From Eledone cirrhosa (lineage: Eukaryota), in assembly GCA_964016885.1 (NCBI GenBank), contig OZ024749.1:24738001-24802000 (forward strand): DNA of 64,000 nucleotides, in the 5' to 3' direction. Within the stretch, counting starts at the first letter, position 1; each line of letters starts with the position of its first letter. Shown piece by piece: positions 12,564 to 27,345 of the stretch. Under the pieces are notes generated by a model that worked only from the letters and a program-made list of their open reading frames with translations, was not told the origin of the DNA and ran no database searches. Position numbers and translations under genes: made by a program.

Positions 12564-13887
12564 AATACAATATAAACAGTCTTATAAATAAATAGATACG
12601 ACATACCTTTCAATCGACTAGCATTTGGGAAGTTGATTTGGCAGTAAAAAATATTGTGGACAGTTGTAAAAAGAAAGAGAGAAAGAGAGAAAGAAAGAAA
12701 GAAAGAAAGAAAGAAAAACGAAGAAAAAGAAGAAATGCATGTGACTAAATAGTGAGGTATAGAAAGATAGATAAAGAGAAGAACTTCATGTAAAGGAACA
12801 GAGAGAGATATATAGAGAGAGGAACAAAAAGAAAGAGATAGATAGAGATAGATACAGAAACTAGGTAGTTGAGTATCAGTTGATACATTTATTTATTTAT
12901 TTATTTATTTATTTAGCTCTAGAATTAATGTAAAGAGAGATGTATGTAGTTAAGAGAGAAAAAGCCGTTATATAGAGAGAAAAAAGAGAAAATGAAAAAG
13001 AGAAAATGAAAAATAACCAGGCATAAACGAGGCAGAATTTAAAAAACGCTATGTTTCATCATGTAGAAAATATTAGTTCATATAAAACAGGCATTATAAT
13101 GTAAATATCAGTATTCATGAATGAGACATGTATCTATAATGTGTGAAAAGTAATGATCTTATGTCTAGTTTTTAAAAATTCATATGTTTATATCATAATT
13201 ATAAACAAACTCCCAATTCACACGAAAACATTCTCATTGTGCTATAAAAATTCAAGTATACATATATGTGTGTATATATACACATATATATAGAGTCTAT
13301 ATTAACTTTAACAATACTATTCTTGTCTTTACTCTACATGATTGTCGATCAAGCAGAAATAGAGAACAGATTTCAATATATTAATAAAAATAAAAATAAA
13401 AATAAAAATAAAAATAAAAATAAAAATATCAGAGACAAGAAAATAAATAAATAAACAGAAAACTAAAACATTTAATATTAAAAATAAAAATATTACAAAA
13501 TATTAAAAAATAATAAAAATAAAACATAGTATGCCACGCAAATCGGCCACAGAGATCAGCCTTTCAAAGTTAATTGACAATATATTGCCAAGTTCATCAT
13601 AAGCATCAGAGTCGAAACAGATAAAACAAAAATTATTTACCAAATCCTGTCTAGCAGAAATCATTCCAAAAGTTTAGGATACCCATTTGGTCTACATATG
13701 TTCTTATATTTAATATAGAAGTTTATCTAGTGTAAAATTTAATTCGATATATTTAGAGCATCAGCTTTTAGGGTAGTTTAATTATTGATGAAGAATGTTT
13801 TAATAAAAAGAATGTTTTAATAAAAAGAAGAAATCGAAAGATTTATCGGCTAGTTTCATAAATAATTACAAATCAAATCAAACATAC

Positions 13888-16101
13888 CTACATTTTAAAT
13901 TTAAATTTATATTTAAACGTTGAGTTCAATCTATGTCTGCAGCAACTGAATAAATTTGTCCGTAGATTAAGGGAATTTTTAGATTTTAGTATAAAGAATA
14001 TCTTCTCTGCACAGAGGTCACATGTCTCAGAGGATGAATTAAAAGGAATCCCTCTTGAAACTATATTCCAAGTCGTCGAATATCTAACGTTATCATGCCT
14101 AAGTTGCCAGAGTACGCCTGATAGTGCTGTTGAAGATTTTTTGGATGGATCTGTGAAAGAATTCTTGTGGTTGTTATAGCGAAGTTTAAATTCCGTCGAT
14201 TTGGAACCAACGTAATTAAAAGAATTAGCGTCCGTTTTAACATTACAGTTGTATATTATATTTTTAACTAAGCAGTTGTTATTTAACGGACATTTAGATC
14301 TATCTCTACAGTTACATTTGTTAACTTGGATATTATTTATGCTATTATCGCTAGGTTTTAAGTTCCTATTATTTATTCTATTAATATTTTGTGCTAAATT
14401 TTTGGTGGATGAGTAGGTTAATTTTATCGTATGTCTATTGAAAATTGAGTGATACCTATGTGTTCTAGGGAAGCGATTATCAAGAGCTTTAAAAAATAGT
14501 TTAGCGATGTGGGTTTTAATGTTTAGTGAGAAAGGAGGGGCAAACTATATTATATTCCTAGTTCTATTTCTTTTATGGCTTTTGGAATTATTGTAATGCT
14601 TTCTATTATAGTTGTTAAGGTTGTGGCCGTATTTAAAATAGTTGTTATTTTGTTTAATTTGTTTATCATTATCTATGTACATAATTTTATCACTATATCC
14701 TGCTCTAGCTAACGCTTCATTGTAATAATGGGCTTTTTCGTCGGAAATCTTATTATTAGATGAGATTCTAGAGATACGTTTTTAAACAGAGTTTACTATA
14801 GTATTTTTAACAGATCTGGGGTGGTTAGAGTTAAAGCTGACATATTTTAAGTTTTCATTCAACTTGTGAAATGGATAGTGAAGACAGGTGTTGAGATTTA
14901 ATGTTATATCAAGGAAGTTGACTATTCTATGGTTATTCTCAATTTCTATTTTTAGATTAAAGTGATTAAAAAATTGTGTAATTTGTTTTCTTTTTCTATT
15001 TAGTTCAGAGTTATTATTATCAATAAGTAAAAGCATGTCATCTCTATATAAACCTCCGGTAGTACCAGGTATTTTCCTATGCAGCGAATTGATTAAAAAT
15101 AAGCCCACAAGGTCAGTTACCTGAGCTGAGTCGGATGATCCCATAGTAATGTCAAAATTGTTATCTCTATCTGCTCGGGTCCATAGTTGGTCATTAAATT
15201 CTATCAATGTTTTCCTAGCCGATAATATAATGTGCATTTCATTGCTAGTTAGGTCTGTATGTTTGAATGCGTAATTTAGTGCCTTATTTAGTAGATTAGG
15301 GGTAATAGAAGAATAATAGTTAGCAATATCAAGTTGAATAAACTTATTATTATTGTTATATTTAATTTGCTTAAACCACTCAACAACCTCACCAGTTCCT
15401 TTCCACAAGCTCAGGTTAGGTAAACAACTCAAGTTTTTAATTTGCTGTATCACCCTGTCAAGAATGTTTTTGCTTAGTTTACCCAGGTCCGATTTTGATG
15501 GTGCAATCAATCTGACTGGCAAGTCATTCTCAAAATTTCTCTTGTGATCTTTCATATTGATCTTCGGTTTCCTGGGCAAGAAAGGTTGTGTTCTGTTCTC
15601 AATTTCCAACTCGTGCATTATACAAGATGCCTCAACATTCATTTTCTCTAGCTCGGCCTTATCTACTATCTTGTACTTTTTCCTCAGTTCTTTTAGTATG
15701 AGGCCATTATACATGTCTTTCTGCACTCCATAGAGGTTGTTGGTCTTGTCAGATTTTACCAAGATCTTCTCAGATTTCTCTAAGCTCTCAATATTATCCC
15801 TAATGCCTTTTAGATATTCCTGGCCTTTGAAGTTTCTCTTGAATTTGACTCCTTGTATGATAGAAATTATAACGTTTTCAAAGTCAGATAAAAGTTTGTT
15901 GGGGGGTGGATTTCTTTTGGATTTGAAAACTTTGTTTAAGTCCGAGACATTTTCATTTATATTAGATTTATCAAAGTGGAATGCTCGCCACCTGATTCTC
16001 CTTATAAAAGAGTCAGATTTATCTATTAATTGTTTTATAAAGTCTTTGTTTCTAGGTAGAGGTATGTCTTTTAAAGAGGAAGTAATCTTAAAGAATTCCA
16101 T
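13888..16101 (-). pseudogene. PLE RT + C-terminal GIY-YIG polyprotein, ~737 codons with two in-frame stops
   Basis: RT motifs QLDIANYY, ITMGSSDSAQVTDLVGL and LYRDD; same frame continues past TAA at 14782 and TAG at ~14546 to CNCRDRSKCPLNNNCL..IIYNC..YVGS..FKLRYNNH..CDLC; ends at TAG 13888. Confidence 0.88.
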
Positions 16102-16314
16102 TTTTTCAGTTATAATATAAAGCGCTTAACAGTATTGGAGCAAGATACATGGAAAGTTATATTTAGATTGTTGGGTTAACAACGAGTGAATATTTATAAC
16201 TGATATAAAAGCACTCAACAAGTATTTGGAGTATATTTATGATATTAAATAAATGGAAACTATATTTATAAAACCATATTTATTTCATTATATATATTTC
16301 AGGGATAACATATT

Positions 16315-16376
<62 letters not shown>

Positions 16377-16535
16377 GAAAGGTATATAAAACTTTGTAGC
16401 GAAAAGCCAACAGTATTCCATAATATTTAAGTGACTATAGCGTCAAACTGGGAAAAATAGTTAACGTAATGCATATATATATATATGCAGTATATATATA
16501 TATATACATATATATATACTGTATATATATGTATA

Positions 16536-16597
<62 letters not shown>

Positions 16598-16615
16598 GCA
16601 TACTGTATATATATA

Positions 16616-16688
<73 letters not shown>

Positions 16689-16689
16689 A

Positions 16690-17195
16690 TAAAATAAAGT
16701 TAAATAAAAGACAAGTGATTAAAATTTAGCTTCGTTTATTACTGCTATATATATTTCAGTTACAGCCGCCTTTGGCTGTGACCTCTTCAGGCAGTTTGAA
16801 TTAGTATGGTATAGACATGTACATATGTTGTTGAGGTGCATAATATTGTCAATACTGTGATATGCCCAGTTTCTTGTTGGGTTGTTATTTCACTGAGGAA
16901 TAACAATCCAACAAGGAACTGGGCATATCAGAGTATTGACAATATTATACACCTCAACAACATATGTACTTGTCTAGACCATACTAATTCAAACTGCCTG
17001 AAGAGGTTACAGCCAAAGATGGCTGTCACTGAAATATATATAGCAGTAATAAACGAAGGTATATTTTAATCATTTGACTTTTATTTAACTTTATTTTACA
17101 CTACTCCGGAGTAACCAAACAAACCTGCGCACTTCGTCGAGTGCTCCAGCTTGCATACTGAGGTGTTGGTATACAACCAACATGAACTCAAAATC
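16690..17195. mobile_element. Family A element, head-to-head inverted pair with an HHR in each arm
   Basis: Arms ~16690-16897 (-) and ~16898-17195 (+); HHRs at 16741-16795 (-) and 16993-17047 (+). Confidence 0.8.
16993..17047 (+). ncRNA. Type I HHR (family A)
   Basis: actgc CUGAAGA gguuacagcc-aaagau-ggcugucacu GAAA uauaua UA gcagu. Confidence 0.8.
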
Positions 17196-17296
17196 TATAT
17201 ATGTATATATATATATATGTATACTGTATATATATGTATACTGTATATATAAGTATACTGTATATATGTATGTATACTGTATATATATATATATAT

Positions 17297-17348
<52 letters not shown>

Positions 17349-17502
17349 CTGGTCTGTTGGAGATGCAGGACATGGCAGCGATAATGAGGGACAGAGACCG
17401 CTGGAGAGAACTCGTCCATGGATCTCGGGAATTTTACCCGCCTTAGATATATATATATATATAAATAAAGCTTTCTCTGTTAATGTATTAAGTATATATA
17501 TA

Positions 17503-18062
17503 TAAACGGAAAAAATGAAACGATATTTCATTTCCAACTCTTAGTACGGCTGTTACTTAAATATAAGTATGTACACGTACATACATATATGTATACCGAC
17601 GTAAAGTAGTATGTATATATATATACATACATGCACACATATATATATGCACGTATGGATTCACCGAACATTTATTATAATGCTCGGTGTGTTTGTAAAC
17701 AAACATCCCGTATTAAGCCGTAGTGTCTAGCAACCACCGTTGCTCGTTTGTTCAACACTGACAAAGGAACGCTGTACTAGTTTCAAGCTTGTTAGCTATC
17801 GTCAGCAACGTATACCTTGCTGGCAGGAATATAGCTAACGAGCTTGAAACTAGTACAGCGTTCCTTTGTCTGTGTTGAACAAACGAGCAACGGTGGTTGC
17901 TAGACACTACGGCTTAATACGGGATGTTTGTTTACAAACACACCGAGCATTATAATAAATGTTCGGTGAATCCATACGTGCATAAATATATGTGTGCATG
18001 TATGTATATATATATACATACTACTGTACGTCGGTATACATATATGTATGTACGTGTACATA

Positions 18063-18065
<3 letters not shown>
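17503..18065. mobile_element. Head-to-head inverted retrozyme-like element related to 40763-41788
   Basis: ~240-bp near-perfect arms around ~17828; minus-strand HHR 17770-17810: cgttg CUGACGA uagcu-aaca-agcuu GAAA cuag UA cagcg. Confidence 0.8.
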
Positions 18066-18137
<72 letters not shown>

Positions 18138-18229
18138 TGTATATATTTATGTTTAGATTAAATATGCCATCGTTTCGATAAAAGGAATCAGAGAAAGGAG
18201 TTTTGTCGTTATTATACACGGGTCTATGC

Positions 18230-20990
18230 TTGGTTGGACTTATGGTGATATTGATGTTACTGGTGATGTTGGGTCTGATCTTGTTAGTTATAGTGTTGTA
18301 GCAGTTGTGTTGCATTTGCTGCTGCTGCTTGCGTTTGTTGTTGCTGTTACTTCTTTTGGAGATGATGGTGATGGTGTTACTGGTGGTGTTGGTTGTGGTG
18401 TTGTATCAGGTCTGTTGTTGTTGGTGTTTTTGTTGTGGTTGATATTTGCTGTTACTTTTGTTTGCGACGATGATAATGTTGTTGTTGCTGGTGGTGTTGT
18501 TGTGGTTGTTGTGAGTGTTGCTGTTACTGCTTTTGGAGATGATGGTGATGGTGTTACTGGTGGAGTTGGTTGTGGTGTTGTATCAGGTCTGTTGTTGTTG
18601 GTGTTGTTGTTGTGGTTGATATTTGCTGTTACTTTTGTTTGCGATGATGATGATGTTGTTACTGGTAGTGTTGTTGTGGTTGTTGTGAGTGTTGCTGTTA
18701 CTGCTTTTGCTGATGATGATGATATTTGAATTGTTGGTGGTGTTGGTGTTATTTTTATTAGTTGTGGCATTGTATTAGTTTTCTTGTTTTTGGTGTTATT
18801 GTTATGTTCGTTGTTGCTGTTGGTTACAATGTAGTACCAAATGTGTTGGTGTTGGTGTTGTTGTTGCTGTTTTTGTTGTTGATGTTGTTGTCCTTGCTCT
18901 TACTTGTGATGTTGGAGTTAATTGTGTTGTTGGTGTCATCTGTGTTGTAAGTGATGTGGATTGGCAGTATCGGTAGAGTTCAACACCATGCTTTGCAGCA
19001 TAGAGTTACTGTCATTCACCGTCTCAATTCAAACCCCGCCGAGTTTACCGTTGCTTTTCATCCTTACGGGGTCGATAAAATAAAGTACTAGTAACGTGCT
19101 GGGGCCGATTTAATTGAGTTTCCCCTCCCCCAAATTACTGACCTTGTACCTATACTAGAAATCGTTATGTGTGTTGTTGGAACTGTGGGTGTTGATTGTG
19201 GTGCTGTAGGAGTTTTGTAACTGCTGTTGTTGTTGTTATAGCTGTTGTTGTTGTTGTTGATGATGGCGTCGCTATCAATGTTGGTGATGTTGGTGTTGAC
19301 GTTGGTCCTGTTGTTGCTATCGGTTATGGTGTAGTTGTGGTGCTGTTGTTAGTCTTGTTGTTGTGGCCTGTGATGTTGGTGATGTTGTTGTTGTTGTTGT
19401 TGTTGGTAATGTCGGTGATGTTGGTGCTGTTGTTGTAGGATTCACTGTTGTAGCGATGCGTTTGCTGTTGGTCTTGTTGTTGTTGTTGTTATTGGTGCTT
19501 CTGCTGGGGATGCTAATGTTGGCGATGTTGTTAATGGTGGTGATGGTGGTCTTGTTGTTGTTGTTGTTGTTGTTATTGGTGCTTCTGCTGGGGATGCTAA
19601 TGTTGGCGATATTGGTGATGGTGGTGATGGTGGTGATGGTGGTGATGGTAGTGATGGTGGTCTTGTTGTTGTTGTTGTTGTTATTGGTGCTTCTGCTGGG
19701 GATGCTAATGTTGGCGATGTTGGCGATGTTCGCATGTTTGTTGATTTTAATGTTGGTGCTTTTGTTGTTGGTCTTATTTTTGCTGTTGTTGTTGCTGGTG
19801 CTGGTGATGTTAGCGATTTCGGTGATGTTGGTGATGTTGGTGATGTTAGAGATATTGCTCTTGTAGTTGTTTTTGTTGTTGCTGTTGGTGGTGGTGGTGT
19901 TGGCGATGCTGGCGAATTTAGTCATGATGGGGATGTTGGTGATGTTGGGGCTATTGTTGTTGGTTTGTTGCTAATAGTTGTTGCTATTGTTGTTGGTTAA
20001 TACTTGTTGCTATTGTTGTTAATATGTGTTACTATTGTTGTTGTTTTGTTGTTAATATGTGTTGCTATTGTTGTTGGTTAATATTTGTTGCTATTGATGT
20101 TGGTTTGTTGTTAGTATTTGTTGCTATTGTTGTTGGTTAATATTTGTTGCTATTGTTGTTAACATTTGTTGCTATTGTTGTTAACATTTGTTGCTATTGT
20201 TGTTAATATGTGTTACTATTGTTGTTGATTTGTTGTTAATATGAGTTACTATCGTTGTTGGTTTGTTATAATATTTGTTGCTATTGTTGTTGGTTTGTTA
20301 ATATTTGTTGCTATTTTCATTAATATGTGTTACTATTGTTGTTAATATGTGTTACTATTGTTGTTGGTTTGTTGTTAATATGTGTTGCTATTGTTGTTGG
20401 TTTGTTGTTAATATTTGTTGCTATTGTTGTTGGTTAATATCTGTTGCTATTGTTGTTGGTTTGTTGTTAATATTTGTTGCTATTGTTGTTGGTTCATATT
20501 TGTTGCTATTGTTGTTGGTTTGTTGTTAATATGTGTTGCTATTGTTGTTGGTTAATATTTGTTGCTATTGTTGTTGGTTTGTTGTTAATATTTGTTGCTA
20601 TTGTTGTTGGTTAATATTTGTTGCTATTGTTTTTGGTTTGTTGTTAATATTTTTTGCTATTGTTGTTGCTGGTGAAGGCGATGGTGGCCACGGTGGTATT
20701 TCTGTTGTTTTTTTCCTCATTATTCTGTCTTCTTCTCTTACATTGTTCAGGACTTTTATCTAGATGATAGAGGTGGGGTCCACTTCTAGAGAATTACGTC
20801 AGGAATCGTTTCTGTTTATTTTCCTTTATTATCATCTATTATCTCTCTTCGTTCTCGTATTGTTGTTGTTGTTTCAATCTTTAACGTGGTTCTGTCTATT
20901 GTTGTAGTTTGTTGTTGTTGGTGTTGTTTTTTATTTTGTTGTTGTTAATATTGATGTTGTTGTTGCTATGGCTGTTGCTATTCATGTATG
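18230..20990. repeat. (GTT/GTG/GAT)-rich low-complexity and minisatellite tract
   Basis: Includes a ~177-bp tandem duplication (~18340-18720) and degenerate gttaatatttgttgctattgttgttg repeats. Confidence 0.85.
18953..19168 (+). mobile_element. tRNA-derived SINE with Nin-like core, diverged
   Basis: gtggattggcagtatcggtaga head, ttcaaaccccgcc B-box-like motif and catccttacggggtcgataaaataaagtac core. Confidence 0.8.
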
Positions 20991-21032
20991 TCTAATCTCT
21001 TTGTTTCTATTCTTTGGTTAATATACATGTAA

Positions 21033-21092
<60 letters not shown>

Positions 21093-21164
21093 TGTATATA
21101 TGCATAACTATATACACATATATAGATACATGCATACATATACACACATATACATGTGTGTGTA

Positions 21165-21206
<42 letters not shown>

Positions 21207-21543
21207 TACTTACACACACACTCTCACACAGACACACCCCCACACACACACATCATATATATATAAATATATATATATATAATATATATATATATGTATA
21301 TATATATACTTATATATATATACTATTCATTTACTTGGTATTATTCCCTTTTATGTTTTGTACATTTATTTATTATTTACTTATTTTTTTGTCTTGTGCT
21401 CTCATCTTTCGTTTGTAACGATAACATATTTATTTATTTATTCGTAAATAATGCTTTATCTAATTCTTTATAGGCTTCGTAGAAAAAAATGTATTTGTTA
21501 GATAAAAGGAAAAGAAAGATTTGTTTTTAATCTTTAGTACTGC

Positions 21544-21673
<130 letters not shown>

Positions 21674-23451
21674 CGATTTTTTGACTTCCGTTTCAAATAT
21701 AAACTTAAGAATATTTTAAGTGTGACAAAAGAAAAATTTAAATTTAAATATAAACTTAGTTTCTATGATCTTTATTATTCTGTTCAATATCGTCACCTTA
21801 GCAACATAAAATAAAATTAAAAAAACAATTTTGATAACGCTAATTCAGTTCTACAACAATACAGCTTAGAAACGTTCCTTTACAAATGGTGATTTTTAAT
21901 TAAAGCACATGATCAGAAGTTTATGGTGAGGATTGGGGAAAATCGATTATATCGATACCAGTTCTTTACTGGCTCATTGCTTTATGGATTCCTGTATTAT
22001 GAAAGGAAAAGGTGAACTAGATGGCATTTTAACTCAGAACCTAAAAGACAGTAATACCTACGTGTTGTAAAACATCTTGTCCAACACCTAGCTTTGTTAT
22101 CAAATTATGAAAATCCACAATTTTGGAAGAAGGTTAAGTCGATGAAATCTACAGCAGTCTGTTACTGGAACTTTATTTCATCGACACCGTAATGGTAAAC
22201 GGCAAAGCTAACATGCACGGTATTTTTTACTCAGAACGTAAGGGGCCACCTATATTCCACGTAGGATATTTTCCGACTCTATACCAACACTGCCAATCCA
22301 CTAACCTACATATTGCATTCTGATTTAAGTACAATACCAACAATTTGGGGGTAACGTAAAGTCAATTATATCGACAACAGTACGAACATGTAAGGAAGAA
22401 ATGCAAAGCTATTCTCGCGGGGTTTGCACATAGGACGTAAAGGGCCGTAAATATAAGCTACAAATCCTGTTTGTCGATTCTCTACCGATAATGCAAAATC
22501 ACCGCCATTCTTCCCAATATAATAGTAAGATTCTTCTCCCCCATTGCGTATTGCCATGATTTAATACCCCAGCCTTCCCACTCAGCAATGATCAACTAAA
22601 ATTTGGATGAAAAACGACCGTATTATGTGGCGAATCGATATATATTTCAGTAACAATGTGGAATGAAACTCCATCTGTTCCGTAGTTTGTTTTTCCAATA
22701 GTTCCAGAAGTTCCAGCCTGCTCAGAAAATAACCGTCTATGCGACTGAGCATTCAAAAAACATGGATACCATTAATGCAATAATTAGAAAGATTCAGTGT
22801 GGCAAAATCTGTAAAAATATTGACACCTTTCATTCTATGTACAGTCAACTTGAAGGGGTTTGAATTACTTTCAGTCACCCTAAGATCTTCAAATCTTAAA
22901 ATACCGGATTCAATGGACAAAAAGTGACAAATTAGCTACCATAGACTTACATAGTAAAGGTGTATGGCTTACTGGTTAGGGAGTTGATCTTAAAATCGTG
23001 AGATAGTGACCTTGAGAAAGATATATATTATACGTTACGTGAATTCATTCCGCTGTAGAAATGAGTTGCAGCATTACTGGTGCGAAGAGTATTGACCATT
23101 GCTTTTCCCATGGACAACATTGGGCGGCGTGGACAAGGGAGTTTGCTATGTATGGGTGACTTTGTTTAGATTTTTGCTTCAGTAGTGTGAACATTTTTAG
23201 GTGCTAACTGCATGGGTATTCGTGACAAAAAGGGGTCTTTTAGCCCTACAGTCATTAACTAAGTTAAGAAACTGGCATCAAAATTGCCAAGCCTCGGCGC
23301 GTTCCTAATGACATATAATATAGCAGTTTCTTCTATATATGGGATTACTTAATTTTATTACAAACCAAATCAGAAACCCCCCACACATAAATATCAATAT
23401 ATTTAGGTATTATATATATATGCATTATACACACACATTCACATACAACAT

Positions 23452-23624
<173 letters not shown>

Positions 23625-24115
23625 CGCGTGTGTGTATGCGTATGTGTATTCCACTGCTTGTAAGATAAAAAAGAATCAAAATGTAAATCAAGAAATCAAT
23701 AGCAAAATTGTAATTAAATAAAAACATAGAAAAACACGAACACGCACAAACACAGAAATCTTCACCCCCACACACAATATACACATCCCACAAGCCACAT
23801 TCCCCAACCTTCCGCTTCCCATCACTCATCACACCCATCAAACGCTAAACAAAATACTGATAGACATAAAAGACATAAACACAAACACACCCAAACAAAT
23901 ATAAACACTCACACACGCACACACACACACAGTGGAACATGAGCACTCATACATACGTCAATCCTACATATATACATACGTGCATACGTAAACACTTACA
24001 TACATGCTTGCATACATACACACATACATATATGCATGCATTCATACATACATATAACATAGATGCATACATACATATATACATAGATACATACATACAT
24101 CTATTTCATACATAA

Positions 24116-24146
<31 letters not shown>

Positions 24147-25076
24147 CATACATACATACATACATACACACATACATACCTACAGAGGAATAATTAAAAC
24201 AATACCGCAAATGCTAAAAAAAAATACATTTAAAAAAAGACGGGACAGAACTCATTTCAATATAAAGGAATTCAAAAGAATAAATTCGGAATTGTTATTC
24301 ACTATCGCCTCCATTTTGTTTTGTAGTTTTTTCAAATACATTTTCCATGTGAAGATGGCTAATTTAATAATATATTTAATCTAATTGAAACCTCAAGTAA
24401 CACAAATATAGGGAATAGTACGGGAAGAAAGGGGTTGAATTGGTATGCAAAAAAATGATCTCGTCTTCATCATCATCACCATCATCAACATCACCATCAT
24501 CATTATCAGCATCATTAGCAGCACAAACAGCAGAAGCATTATAATCAACAAGTATGTATATATGTAAAATTGTATTTATCTATGTATGTATGTAGGCATG
24601 TATATATGTATGTATGCATGTATTTATTTATGTATATGCATGTATGTATGTATGTATGTGTGTAGGAATGCACAATCATCATCATTATCGTCATCATTAT
24701 TATTATTATCATTATTATTATTATTATCATCATCATCATCGTCCCCATTCATCACAATCATCATCATTATCATCATTATCATCACAATCATCATCATTAT
24801 CAACACAATCATCATCATTATCAACACAAACATAATCATCATCATGATCATCATAATGATAATCGCCAACAACATCATCATTATCACAATTATCATCATC
24901 ATCATCATCAGTCTTTTCATCATCGTCATTATTATCAACATTGGTATTGATCTTGCTGATGTTGTTGTTGGTGTTATTATTACGTTCGTTGGCGTTGATT
25001 TTGTGTTATATAAATCTATTTTATATTTCCTTAATTTCTTCATTCAGGGTTATATTTATGTCAGTAACCAACAGTA

Positions 25077-25123
<47 letters not shown>

Positions 25124-25267
25124 ATATGTGTGTGTATGTGTGTGTGCGTGTATGTGTGTGTATGTATGTATGCACAAATGCATGCTTGCTTGTATGCTAT
25201 GTATATATGTATATATGTATATGAAAATCTTTATAAGTATACATGTATGTATATATGCATACATACA

Positions 25268-25357
<90 letters not shown>

Positions 25358-25365
25358 CATACATG

Positions 25366-25443
<78 letters not shown>

Positions 25444-25923
25444 CACATACACACAATACATATTCAAGTATAATTATTTGTGTATATATAAATATATATA
25501 TATATACACACACACACATGTATATATACATACATACTTGTATGTATGTATACATATATATATACACACATGTATATAAAGTGTATAATTATGTGTGTGA
25601 GTTATTGTCTGTTTATTTATTGTTGTTATTATTATTATCATTATGTTTTTATTTGATTTGTTTAATATTTCTAGTAATTCACTTTTTTTTATTATTGTTT
25701 CGAGATGTTGTGTACAATTCCACTCATTGGAAATAACGATAAACTAATTATTGTTATTTATTTAAGTCGGTACTCTTGTTGTTATTGTTGTTCTATTTTC
25801 TTGTCGTTATGGCTTGTAATGTTCTTGTGGTTATCAACACCACTGTCATCATTATAATAGTCTATATCGTCATTATCAACGTTAATATTATCGTATTTAT
25901 CAACATTATCGTCATTATCATCA

Positions 25924-26125
25924 GGGCAGTGGTGTGGCAGTATCGGTAGAGCATCAGACACCATGTTTTGCAGCATAGTTATGGCCCTTTGCGTTCTTAG
26001 TTCAAATCCGCCGAGGTTAACTTTGTCTTTCATCTTTACGAGGTCGATAAAATAAAGTACCAGTGGTGCACTGGGGTAATCGCTGGCCTTGTGCCAAAAG
26101 TAGAAACTCTATTAACGTAGAAACA
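25924..26125 (+). mobile_element. tRNA-derived SINE, full length
   Basis: Matches 30355-30540; flanking direct repeat attatcgtcattatcatca. Confidence 0.85.
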
Positions 26126-26129
26126 ATTA

Positions 26130-26307
26130 TCGTCATTATCATCATCATCATCATCATTATCATCATCATCACGGTATCTTTTTTCTCACTGGTCATCACT
26201 GTCAATGTTCTCTTCACTACAACCGACATTTTCATCATCATCAACAATATCACCGACTTACCCTCATCAGATTCGTCTATGTTTTCATGATCATCACCTT
26301 CATCACC

Positions 26308-26378
<71 letters not shown>

Positions 26379-27345
26379 AACAACCATTACCACCACCATA
26401 CCATCATTATCGTCACCATCATCATCATTATAATCCTCATCTTCACCACACCATCATCATCACCATCATCATCTTCACCACGCCTTCATCATCATCATCA
26501 CCATCACAATCACCATCATCACAACCATCAGCCTCACCATCATCGTCCGCATCATCACCATCATCACCATCACCATCACCTTCAGCACCATCATCATCAT
26601 CACTACCATCATCATCATCATCATAACAATCATCATCAGCATCACGACCACAATCATCATTATCACCATCATCATTACCATCATCATCACCATCATCTTC
26701 AGCATCATCATCATCACCGTCATCACAACCATCACCATCATCATCACCACTACCATCATCACTACCATCATCCCCATCCTCACCATCTCCATCATGACAA
26801 CCATCACCATCATCATCACCATCATAACCATTACCATCACCACCACCATCATCATCACCATCATCATCACCACAACAATCACCACCGCCATCACCATCAC
26901 CGTCATCACAACCATCACCACTATCACCATCACCATCATCATCACCACCACCATCATCACCACAACAATCACCATCACCACCATCACCATCACCATCACC
27001 ATCACAACCATCACCACTATCACCATCACCATCATCATCACCACCACCATCATCACCACAACAATTACCATCACCACCATCACCATCACCATCACGATCA
27101 TCACCATCACTACTATCACCATCACCATCACCACCATCACCACTATCAACATTACCGTCATCATCACAACAATCACCATCACCACCACCATCACCATCAC
27201 CATCACCATCACCACCATCACCACTATCAACATTACCGTCATCATCACAACAATCACCATCACCACCACCATCACCATCACCATCACCATCACCACCATC
27301 ACCATCACCATCACCACCATCACCACTATCAACATTACCACCAAT
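26130..27345. repeat. (CAT/CAC)n trinucleotide low-complexity tract
   Basis: Direct inspection; a similar tract lies at 24670-24940. Confidence 0.9.

Larger units (their letters stand above)
12461..16320 (-). mobile_element. Penelope-like retroelement (Neptune-type architecture), near full length, with ~80-bp terminal direct repeat (pseudo-LTR)
   Basis: 12461-12541 is identical to 16240-16320; RT and GIY-YIG reading frame; HHR-like motif near the 3' end; (TA)n flanks. Confidence 0.9.

Noticed and set aside
18288-19925. Mucin-like Thr/Pro/Asn-rich ORFs
   Set aside because: Derived from GTT-rich low-complexity DNA interrupted by a SINE; no exon support
21930-22870. Degraded SINE-like copies and a Trp-rich interrupted minus-strand frame
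   Set aside because: Too decayed to assign boundaries or a protein family
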